This document shows positions 34,801 through 45,744 of a stretch of 64,000 bases of DNA, piece after piece. Made by a program: the position numbers and the translations under genes. A model generated the notes under the pieces. The model was given only the letters and a program-made list of their open reading frames with translations, searched no databases and was not told where the DNA came from. This DNA is from Macrostomum lignano (taxonomy: Eukaryota), in contig NIVC01000016.1 of assembly GCA_002269645.1 (NCBI GenBank), positions 682,001-746,000 of the forward strand. The letters are read 5' to 3'. Each line of letters starts with the position of its first letter. The first letter of the stretch is position 1.

Positions 34801-37216
34801 CTCTCTAATGAGTAGAACGGCGATTCTCACGGGAGTAGAAGGGCGACTCTCTCAGGAGTAGAAGGGCGATTCTCTCAGGAGTAGAAGGGCGATTCTCTCA
34901 GGAGTAGAAGGGCGATTCTCTCAGGAGTAGAAGGGCGATTCTCTCAGGAGTAGAAGGGCGATTCTCACGGGAGTAGAAGGGCGACTCTCTCAGGAGTAGA
35001 AGGGCGACTCTCTCAGGAGTAGAAGGGCGATTCTCTCAGGAGTAGAAGGGCGACTCTCTCAGGAGTAGAAGGGCGATTCTCTCAGGAGTAGAAGGGCGAC
35101 TCTCTAATGAGTAGAACGGCGATTCTCACGGGAGTAGAAGGGCGACTCTCTCAGGAGTAGAAGGGCGATTCTCTCAGGAGTAGAAGGGCGATTCTCTCAG
35201 GAGTAGAAGGGCGATTCTCACGGGAGTAGAAGGGCGACTCTCTCAGGAGTAGAAGGGCGACTCTCTCAGGAGTAGAAGGCGACTCTCTCAGGAGTAGAAG
35301 GGCGATTCTCTCAGGAGTAGAAGGGCGATTCTCTCAGGAGTAGAAGGGCGATTCTCTAATGAGTAGAACGGCGATTCTCTCGGGAGTAGAAGGGCGACTC
35401 TCTCAGGAGTAGAAGGGCGATTCTCTAATGAGTAGAACGGCGATTCTCACGGGAGTAGAAGGGCGACTCTCTCAGGAGTAGAAGGGCGATTCTCTCAGGA
35501 GTAGAAGGGCGACTCTCTAATGAGTAGAACGGCGATTCTCACGGGAGTAGAAGGGCGACTCTCTCAGGAGTAGAAGGGCGATTCTCTCAGGAGTAGAGGG
35601 GCGACTCTCTCAGGAGTAGAAGGGCGACTCTCTAAGGAGTAGAAGGGCGACTCTCTCAGGAGTAGAAGGGCGATTCTCTCAGGAGTAGAAGGGCGACTCT
35701 CTCAGGAGTAGAAGGGCGATTCTCTCAGGAGTAGAAGGGCGACTCTCTCAGGAGTAGAAGGGCGATTCTCACGGGAGTAGAAGGGCGACTCTCTCAGGAG
35801 TAGAAGGGCGACTCTCTCAGGAGTAGAAGGGCGATTCTCTCAGGAGTAGAAGGGCGATTCTCTAATGAGTAGAACGGCGATTCTCTCGGGAGTAGAAGGG
35901 CGACTCTCTCAGGAGTAGAAGGGCGACTCTCTCAGGAGTAGAAGGTCGATTCTCTAATGAGTAGAACGGCGATTCTCACGGGAGTAGAAGGGCGATTCTC
36001 TCAGGAGTAGAAGGGCGATTCTCTCAGGAGTAGAAGGGCGACTCTCTCAGGAGTAGAAGGGCGATTCTCTCAGGAGTAGAAGGGCGACTCTCACAGGAGT
36101 AGAAGGGCGATTCTCTCAGGAGTAGAAGGGCGACTCTCTAATGAGTAGAACGGCGATTCTCACGGGAGTAGAAGGGCGACTCTCTCAGGAGTAGAAGGGC
36201 GATTCTCTCAGGAGTAGAAGGGCGACTCTCTCAGGAGTAGAAGGGCGACTCTCTCAGGAGTAGAAGGGCGACTCTCTCAGGAGTAGAAGGGCGATTCTCT
36301 CAGGAGTAGAAGGGCGACTCTCTCAGGAGTAGATGGGCGATTCTCTCAGGAGTAGAAGGGCGATTCTCACGGGAGTAGAAGGGCGACTCTCTCAGGAGTA
36401 GAAGGGCGACTTTCTCAGGAGTAGAAGGGCGACTCTCTCAGGAGTAGAAGGGCGACTCTCTCAGGAGTAGAATGGCCATTAGAAGAGCCATTCTCAAAGT
36501 CCTATTCTCATAATTATCAAGCCGCTCACATCCTTGTCGAACTCCAGAAACACCTTGAAAATGTCGTCCTCGCGCAATTTCGGGTGCTCGGCGATGCGCC
36601 GCAGGAAGACTTCGTGCATGGCGACCGTTTTCTTGAAGGTGGCCAGGTACTCGCTAGGAGACACGGCATGGTTGGGATATTGAAACTTGAGTTCTGAATA
36701 GAAATCACACAAAAATATATTTCTGTCTTATTTATGACTACTCCAGACTGATATGAACCCCCTAACTCCAGACTGATATGACCCCCCCCCCCTAACTCCA
36801 GACTGATGTGACCCCCAACTCCCGACTCACGCCTCCAGCTCGGACTTCATCTTGTCATACTCCTCCTTGGACATGGAGCTCTCGCCCTCGCCCAGCCTGG
36901 CCAGTTTCTCTCTCGACGAAGAAAAATCCGGCGTCGGAGGCACCGGCGGGATAACGCAGCCGGCGTATTCGACATTCTCGGCCAGGCGGTCGGCCAGCCA
37001 GGCGAATTCTTCGTGTGTTCGAATAACGGAGAACTCTGGCCGGGCGAACCGCGGCACCAGGCTGGTCACGGTGCGGATGGTGAACTTCACGCGCTCCTTT
37101 TCGCTGAGAGCGTCGGAGATTTCGACCCGCAAGTCGTTGCCATTGCCAAGGTCGACACTCTCGGTGCGACCCTGGCGACTGTCGGACAGGTCCACGTGGT
37201 GCTGCTCAAGCTCGTC
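31808..37216 (-). CDS. SNX6: Sorting nexin 5/6 family (PX-BAR retromer-associated); initiator ATG not in the identified exons
   Basis: Exons (minus): 37216-36831, 36653-36530, 34437-34236, 34154-34076, 33277-32905 and 31858-31808. All introns are GT-AG and phase-compatible, totalling 1215 nt. Motifs [58 protein letters not shown] and [13 protein letters not shown]. Confidence 0.93.
31915..32870. repeat. 16-bp (32-bp dimer) minisatellite AAGATTCGAGCTCATG / AAGATTCGAACTCATA in the last SNX6 intron
   Basis: Tandem units drifting to AAGATTTGAATTCATG variants. Confidence 0.95.
33440..34045. repeat. 25-26-bp minisatellite (AAATCGGTCATCACCCACAATCCAG) in an SNX6 intron
   Basis: Tandem units visible. 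Confidence 0.95.
34478..36470. repeat. 25-bp minisatellite (CTCTCTCAGGAGTAGAAGGGCGA[T/C]T), ~80 units, in an SNX6 intron
   Basis: Fills almost the entire intron 34438-36529. Confidence 0.97.
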
Positions 37217-37503
37217 CTGGCGCGGTTTGGAAATCGATTGTAATTTTTACTAGCATTCAATCCATGTATACTTTACCAATCGCTATGGAAACAGAAAAAT
37301 GCTAAAATATGATGCTTATAGTTGGAATGCTTTTAATTATACATTTTAGAGTCCAAACAATTGACTAGCAAAATAGATAACTTTCCTTTCAGTGAAAAAA
37401 ATGTCAAAACATTAAGGCCAGGACCAAAAGAGGCCCATCTAAAAGTGTCCTAAGTTCTCCTTAGTGTCCAAATTTTATACATGTTTATATATTAGATAGG
37501 GAT

Positions 37504-38275
37504 GGCTCATTCCATATAAGATCGACATATTTGGAAAATAGAAAAAAGTCAATATTTTTGCTTGCCATTGCCTAATTAGCCTATTTTTTTACCAAATGTT
37601 TATATTGTGCAATATATACAATCTAAGAATAAAGGAATGGTAAAATGTTGGATTAGTATGTTATCAATTGGCAAAAAGTCATTTTTGTAAAAATTTGGAC
37701 ATTTTTCGAAGCAAAAGACATCATTAAGATTTTGTACCTTTTAAAAACAAATAGAAAGCTTTTGAAGGTTGAAACAAACTATAGATAAAAGTATAGTACT
37801 TGCATCATCAGATAAAAGCATTAGTGACCAAATAATCTATTATATTTTTAATGTATTAGTACCTCAAAGTTACTGAATTGACAGAAAAAAATATGTTACG
37901 ACCATAAGGCTGCCTTTTCTTTTGTATCTTTGTTGCCTTTTGAGTTTATATATTCTAATAAAAGAGTATGATTTCTAAAGATGTTCTTAGTCAAATTTTA
38001 AAAATGTATTGCAAAATATCAAAAATGAAAAATGTTATAAGACTTTTACCTTTTAGTTTCTATATGTCAAAAATCCTGTCGTTACAACCATAAGTGTCAT
38101 TTAAGGTTTAATAGCATCTATACTAATGATGATATCTATATGAAACTCTATAAATATATTCTAGACAAAATAATCTTTCATTTAAAATATTGTTTTAGTA
38201 TATTCTATTATTAGATTTCATTTTATAAGTAAAAATAACCTGTCATGTTACGACCATGCTTATATGGAATGAGCC
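37504..38275. mobile_element. Non-autonomous DNA transposon (MITE) with 17-bp TIRs
   Basis: GGCTCATTCCATATAAG (37504-37520) and its exact reverse complement (38259-38275), flanked on both sides by GGAT (possible 4-bp TSD). Confidence 0.7.
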
Positions 38276-40331
38276 GGATCTAGATCCCAATCTGATTATC
38301 ATGACAACAAACTTGAAGTAAATACTTTGTTGTGACATTTATAAGATTAGGATAAAAAATCTTAAACATATTAAGTCTTAGACACTCTACCTAGACCTAG
38401 ACTATTGAAGCTGTGAAGGCAATATGTATACAGGAAAATTCCTATTTCGAAAAGTAATTACTTTTTATGATATACAGTGTAGTTTTGTTGTTATAAGAGA
38501 GGTTGAGGAGAAGTGGGGTAGGAATGTTCATTGTTGCAATGTGTCACCCATTGCTTGCTTGCTTGTTACTTCCTTCCTTTCCCCCTTCTGTTTTGTGTAT
38601 ATATATGAAAGTATCTGGGGGGTTTTTGTTGCTTATATACAGTTCTTGCTAAATATATAGGAGCAGCTGGCTCTTTGGAGCAACTTTTTATATAGCTCCA
38701 ATGTAGATTCTTTGCAGGTCCTACATAAGACTAATTAAACAATGTCCAATGCAAGACAATGAGATAATTAAACAATAGAAAATGTCCAAAAAGGAAAATA
38801 TATTTAGATAGGCTTATTATTTAAAGTATTGAAAATGTAAAATATATATTTAAGTAATGTTGCAATAGTAATAATCTTTGAGATAATTTATATTAACTAT
38901 CTATAAGTGTATATATAGCCAAAGACTTAGCTTTCCAGTTGTAGTTACAAAGTTTAAGTGTCTAGTGCACAGTTGCTTTATTTATATTTTATCCGCATTA
39001 GAAAAATTGTACCATTGATATTTCCAATATGTATCAATGTATATACATTGTTAGATATACCAATAGATTATGATATATTATCTATAGATATACCAATCTG
39101 ATTACGTTTTTGTTTATAAGCCCTAGGATTTTCCAAAATAATATATACCTCCTTGAGAATAGATAGACATATATTAATAAAAAAGGCAAAGGTTAGGCCA
39201 AAATATAATAGTATAATGGTTTGAGTTCTTTTATATCATTTAGTGTGCCATTGTTGTAAGTCTTTTTGCAAAGTAATTATTGGCATTTAATTATTTTATT
39301 TAATTGTACATCTGCATATATTGTTTGACATGTTACGTAGATTAAGTTTAGATTATTTTGTTAAAATCTTTATACTCCAATTTCAAATGACTATTAAATC
39401 ATTTTGCATTTGCTTGCAAGCTGCTTGTTTAGTTTGTTGCTCATTGCTTTTGGCTTTGTGCTGGCTCTGATATTTAATAGATAAGTATATTAAATAGTTT
39501 GCAGATATTTAACTATTTTCAATAGCTCCCTATAATTTGCCTAGTTCACTTTTACTTCTTCATACATAAAAATCCTAATGGACTGCTATACAACTCATTA
39601 ACATCAACAAAAGAAAAGCAGGCTTAATAAATTTGTCACAATAGTCAATATATTTAAAATTATATAAAAATATTTAGAGCCCAACTTTTAGTATCATTTC
39701 AACTATATAATATTATAAAAAAATTAAGCCTACTTAAAACCTTAATATCTTTAAATTAGCAATTTACAATTAAATATTTATGCAACTAAAAATTTATTAA
39801 TCCTAAGGAGAGTCAAAGCCCAATAATAAGGCAAAAAGAATAGCCTTTATTTGGCAAAAAATAAGAATATATCTTACCTAGGCCTAATGCCAAAAATTGA
39901 TCCTTTTTAATCTCTACTAGGCCTATATGTTTAGGCTTAACAAGGCATAAGCCAAAGGTCTTAATCTTTATTTTTAAAATCCTAGTTTACTAAGGCTTAT
40001 TAAGTCTCAATAATTTTGATTTTATCCAATCCCAATTTCAACCAATTTTTATATTGCATTAGACTAAATGCAACATTGCAATTATGCAAAAAATGCAAAT
40101 ATATCAAACAAAGCTAAGCCTAACTTTCTATTTTGTAAATGTAAAGCCTAAGGTTAAGCCTTGCTTTTGGCCTTGGCATTTAGCATGCCAACTTTTTAAA
40201 ATTAGGCCTAGGCCTAGGCCTAATACTAGACTGCTTTTGCAAAAACATAGACCTACCTGACCTTGGTAGCAATAGGATATTTAACCTTGAGCATGGCTAG
40301 AAAAAAGCAATTGTTTTACTACATATATGCT

Positions 40332-40481
40332 CAACCTTGGGAATCACTCGGCCGTTTCTATTGGCAACACACAAATATAAGTTGCTATTGGCTGAGAGCA
40401 GTCACGTGACTACTATTCCATCTAATAGCAACTTACATATGTGTGTTGCCAATAGAAATGGCTAGGTGAATCCCTAGGTTG
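40332..40481. other. 150-bp imperfect palindrome centred on AGTCACGTGACT
   Basis: Arms CCGTTTCTATTGGCAACACACAAATATAAGTTGCTATT and AATAGCAACTTACATATGTGTGTTGCCAATAGAAATGG are near-complementary; central palindrome at 40400-40411. Confidence 0.75.
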
Positions 40482-40695
40482 CACCTAAGCATGATTATAT
40501 AATTTATATATTATTAATAAATAGTCATTAGAAAAAATATTGAAGTATAAGCCTAATGAAGTAAAAATACTACTTATTTATTACTACAAAGTAGTAAAAA
40601 TATCCATTCCCCATTCTTAACAATATTATCAGTCTACAAATTAATTAGATAAGAATAGGAGGGCTCTTTATAAATACTTTTTTATAAATACTACT

Positions 40696-41094
40696 GAGCT
40701 AGGTTTTTTTAAGGTTGGAAATCTAGTTGCCAGCTGGCCCTTGGGGCTCAAAATCCAGTTGCCAATGGCTATTTTTGGTTGCCCATTGGCAACTTGCCAC
40801 ATTCTTGAGGATAGATATTTTCGAGGCTCATTAAACATACATGCATGCACTGTATGACTATGGGAATGAGACTGTCTAGGACTTTTTATTGACATTGTCA
40901 ATTTTTGCAACTAGTATCTGCCACAACTTAGATTCATATAGCACTTTTATTACACTTGCAAAATCATTTTCTGAAAGTGGCAAATGGCACAAGGAAATGA
41001 AGTTGCCAGATTGGCCTCTGATGCCAAAAATCCAGTTGCCAATGAGATTTTCAAGGGGCAAAAACCCCATATGGCCCAAAAATAAACCTAGCTG
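40696..41094. mobile_element. Possible small hAT-like MITE
   Basis: Terminal AGCTAGGTTT / AAACCTAGCT inverted repeat and internal AGTTGCCA repeats; flanks only partly duplicated (atactact vs ggcctact). Confidence 0.35.
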
Positions 41095-43163
41095 GGCCTA
41101 CTGAGGCTCTTTTAAAGGCCTAATCTTAATTTATAAAAGAGCAATTATACATACATGTACACAGATGAGTGATGTACTAATGTAATGTGTAGGGCCTACT
41201 AATGAGAATATAATGTTGGTAGGCCTATAAGAAATAAGAATTCAAGTTCTGCTTAATGCCTAGGGCCTATAGGGATTCAGTCATTCAGCGAATGAGTGAA
41301 TACAGGTTTCTAGGGTAAAAGCACTAGGCCCCTAGGTTACATAGACATTCGTTTGGTTTAGTATAGTAGTACTGGACCAACACCGATATGACTACACAGA
41401 AAAAATCGATAACAGCTGTCGATTAAATTAAAAAAACTATCAATATTTCCCGTCCGCTATTAAAACAATCTGTAGCTACTATTAGCTAGCTAGCAACATT
41501 ACTTACAAGCATACTTTATTACAAGTTGTGCAAGGTGTAAGCGTAGTTTATTATTTGCTTTATAGAGTCAGAGTCACGTCTACCAAAGCAGTACCAACGG
41601 TCCAAGTTAAATATTTAGTTTAGCCAAGCAAGTCAAAGTGAAAATAGTAAGGTCAGGGTCAGGCAGTCTTTAAATGTACACAAGTCAAGTGCTATACAAT
41701 GTGCGCCTAGCATGTAAATCAGATTCAGTAAAATTGAAAACGGCAGACGGCAGTAGATTAAAAACAACGATTACCTAAAGTTTTTAAATAAGCTGCGAAA
41801 TTTTGATCAAATGCGGTTATCAAAGTTTTAAATGCTCGAGCCCATATCAATTGTTAATATTTTTGTTAAAACAGTCAGTATAATCAATTCAGGGCTTTGA
41901 CATCAGCCAGCTGATAATACAATGTCGGGGGGGGGGGCGATTTGAACGATCATCAATTATGCCTCTAAGGCATCAACAATTAATTTGATTCCTTTTGTCG
42001 ACGAAAAAGCATTAGAATCATTTACAGTAAATGCATACATCTAATTTCATTTCTAGTATATATCAGGACAGCAGACATTTTAAATTTTAAGTATAGGGGA
42101 ATTAGTGGATGAAATAACTTTCATGTAGGTAGTAGATAACTGCTATAACTGTGCAGGGCACAAATTAAGAAGCCAAACGGGTTCTTCTTGACAAATAACC
42201 GAATAGCAAGAAGTCCCCCATTCGGGAACAAAAAGCGGCACCGCGCTTATATTAATTTACGTTTTTAGCAGTAAGTGTATACCATGGCCTCTCACATTTA
42301 AACAAAATCAATTTTTAGATTTTCCTACATAAAGCCATTGAAAAGCCATAGTTTGTATTGATTGATGCACAAAGATAGAATTATCGCAGCTCAACCAATT
42401 GGGCATGCAGGCACGCGCGACTGAACGTACGCAGCTCTGTGTTTACAGCTATAAGGCTATGAGATTGAGTGGACCATGACTAGAACAACGAAAACAGAAT
42501 ACGTTGTCAGCCTTCACGCAGTCAAGCGATCGAGTCATGAGAGGCAGAAAACGACGTCACAGGGCGCGTTAGAGAATAGCTGCTCAAGCTGCAGGGACTG
42601 CGCATGGCTAGGCCAAGTGAACGGCGAGATTCTATTCTCTGCCCCCTTTTCTCTCCTCTCTTCCCTCTTTCCTCCAAGAAAAACACCTACATCTAATCAG
42701 AACTGTAGTTTGATGAATAGATTAATATCAATGAAAAGCTGATAGAAGATGCTTATAGCCAAAGCTAGCGCGATCGCGGCTTGTAAATTACATTAACAGA
42801 TGCGGCGGAGTGGCATGAAAGAAGGACCGGCATGCATATTATATGTGCGCACTACTGCATGAAGCCATGCAGAGAGGCGCGGTAGACAGGTAAAAATTAG
42901 AGAATTCTTCTCTCAGAGAAGAGCCAACCGTGAAATGGAGATATATAAAAGAAACAATGCGCTTGTTGAGTATTTCATTAAATATATTTTCTTTCATAAT
43001 TTTCACGAACGAACGTGCAGTAGTGATTTGTAAACGATCAAGCAAAACACAATCCATCAAAACTAAATTAAGCTATGATACAAGCTATTTTATGATTTTA
43101 TAGATGCAGCATATTATAATTAGTTTTGCAGGGCATACGATTATTTCAATTGAATTTGTTGCA

Positions 43164-44147
43164 TTAGGAATTAAAGACGAATCGCCGGAAACTGAACGTC
43201 AATCGACGCAGTCTGGCCGCCAACTTCCCGTCTGCGGCTGCTGCTTGTTGCTGCTGAGGATGCCGCAGCTGAGGCGATTGCAGCGCTGACGACGGAGGCG
43301 GCGGAGCTCGCCGTTTTGATGCCCGCCTGTAGTCCTCGCTGCTGGCTGAGCTTCGAACTGTGGCCACTGCAGTGATCGGTGTCGGGGGCGGCGGTCGAGG
43401 CGGTGGAGTGGACAATCGCGGTGGCGGAGGTCGCTGCGGCGGCAGCTGCCGCGATGCAGATGACTCTTGGGTTGGCGAAGTCTCTAACTGAGGCGCAGTC
43501 TGCAGACGCGGCACCGGTCCAGCTTGGGGCGGAAGCAGGTCGTTCAGCAATGCGGGAAGTTGTATGCGACGCCAATCCTGCTGACCATCGGCGACAGACA
43601 ATCCGGCAATCAGGTCGGCTAGAACTGCTTCAACTGCATTCAGCCGGGCAGCGTCACTTCGCTCGGGACTTGTCAATGCCGTGGAAAGCGCGCCTGGATC
43701 ACTTCCTGTGCTTGAATTTGCAACACCGGAAGCAGCGACGGAGGCAACACCGGAAGCAACTTCAGAAGTAATTCCGGAAGCAACACCGGAAGTAAAATCT
43801 GAAGAAGTATCTATAGAAATAACATCAGAAGTATTCGTGCCTTCAAAAGCAACACCAGAAGCGTAGATTGCCGCTCTACGCCGCTCGACCAAGCCAGCCA
43901 GGCAGACATTTCTGGGCAGCTCCAGTCCCGCAGGACAGCGGCCTCGGCAGAGCGGGCAGGCGTCACCGCCGGGCTGCTGACGCCAGTCGGTCAGACAGGC
44001 GCAGCAGAAGCTGTGGCCGCAGGGCGTCACCCGTGGATCCTCAAACAGGCAGTCGCAGATGCTGCAGGTGAGATCCGCGTCATCGTCATCATTGGATAGA
44101 TCTGCTCTGACTCGCTCAGAAGTTCCTAAACCGAGTTGTGACATCAT
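43164..44147 (-). CDS. Single-exon C3HC4 RING-finger protein with low-complexity Ser/Ala/Pro-rich C-terminus (putative E3 ligase)
   Basis: CSIC...PCGHSFC..C...CPLC followed by the TRIM/RNF-like PRNVCLAGLVE; an acceptor AG lies 3 nt before the ATG. Confidence 0.85.
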   Translation of the reverse strand: MMSQLGLGTSERVRADLSNDDDDADLTCSICDCLFEDPRVTPCGHSFCCACLTDWRQQPGGDACPLCRGRCPAGLELPRNVCLAGLVERRRAAIYASGVAFEGTNTSDVISIDTSSDFTSGVASGITSEVASGVASVAASGVANSSTGSDPGALSTALTSPERSDAARLNAVEAVLADLIAGLSVADGQQDWRRIQLPALLNDLLPPQAGPVPRLQTAPQLETSPTQESSASRQLPPQRPPPPRLSTPPPRPPPPTPITAVATVRSSASSEDYRRASKRRAPPPPSSALQSPQLRHPQQQQAAAADGKLAARLRRLTFSFRRFVFNS

Positions 44148-45744
44148 TGCCTGTGTGTGTGTGGAGGATTACATTTGCATACTCTTGTTAGGTACTCATA
44201 ATAAACCTATGTGTATAAGTACGTATATTTTTATAAAAAATAGTGTCTTCATTGAGTATATATATAATCCATAGACATAAAGATTTTCCGTGACAATATT
44301 TGCAAGACTTTATAAGTCTTTATAAATGTCTATGGTTTATACGAGACTACACATTTTCATAAATCCCTCGGGCCTTCGGCCCTCGTACTTTAGTCGCCCA
44401 TGGTATATACTCGTACTTTAGTCGAATCCGGTGGGGTTACATTAAGTGCTAAAAAGTAATCGTCTATGGCTGAAATCGCATTCTGGTGATTGAATAGCAA
44501 AGAAGTTCATAGGATTGTACATGCGACATAAAACGAGAAAACAGACAGAACGGTAATACACTGTAGAATCATGGGTGAAAAAAGTAAAAGTGTAAATTCT
44601 CGCTTCATATTAACCTGCCATTACTTTACGTTGGTCTAGTAAATCTGCATTATAATCACAGTTCCCAGGATAGTTTTAGTACGAGTATATCATGGAAGTT
44701 GTATAAGGCTTGGCCACAGACTATGCTTTTAAAGGAGTCGGCCTCGCACTTTTTAACCACATGATTATAGCGAGTTGCCGCTGACAGTCAGTAGCTCAGT
44801 AGTAGTGTCGGGACATGGACAGATTAATTTTTTGCGCTCTTTACAAAATCATGCAGCTGGAATTTAAGGTCGATGTGCGTCTAAGCTACTAAAATTTGAC
44901 TCGTGATTTTTGTATAGAGGTTAGCATACACGAATCTCATTTTTATTTAATTATGCTGGAGAGGGTGGGGGAGGGGTAAGAGGGAAGAGGGGGTTTTAAA
45001 AATTTCTAAAAATGAATTTCAATCCGCACCTATAATACAACACAGGAGATTTTGCCTTGGCATCAAATGAGAATACTTGCGATCACAGAGTGGCACACCT
45101 TAGGTTTATGAATCTTGGTCTGAGCTCATGTGTAATGTAGTGTACGAGCCTGTGTAAGGAAATTGATAGCTACATTTACGGGTAAAGCTAGAGTTTGGAT
45201 GTTACTACGATGTCTGTCGCACTAGAAAGACTAAAATCTATAGCTAATGACAAAGCCACAAGCACATTGACATCTTGTAATCTATTTCACTTACCATTAG
45301 TTGACTAAATTTTGATAGGATTAACTGAATTAAGACGCTACAGGTTTAGCTCAAGCGGACCAGTATTAGATTCGATTCCACGCGGTAGTGCAAGCGGCGT
45401 CACAAGGCCCATGTCGAGCTACATGTACAGGTATAACAGCTATAGTAATCAGTATTTAACTCCCTACAGCTTTGGCCAGAACAGACGGGGTTAAAGAATC
45501 GATAAATATTTCTCAGAATTTTCAGCTGTGTTTTCTCTGCTAAATGACAAAAGTGCGTTTAGTTAAACTGTACTCAGGGGAATTGTGTACAATCCACTAT
45601 CTGTCTGAGCTGCATGTACAATTATGTAGCACGGCTGCACAGAAGGGCTAAAGGACGACATTTCTACATTTTTCGCTTTTAAAACTAAAAAAACACTTGA
45701 CGTCAATTGCTACAGATGGGGCGATTAGCGGCATTTACACTCAT

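Noticed and set aside
45343-45385. tRNA-like A-box (TAGCTCAAGCGG) and B-box (GATTCGATTCC)
   Set aside because: The boxes are only ~10 nt apart, leaving no room for an anticodon arm; at most a decayed SINE head.
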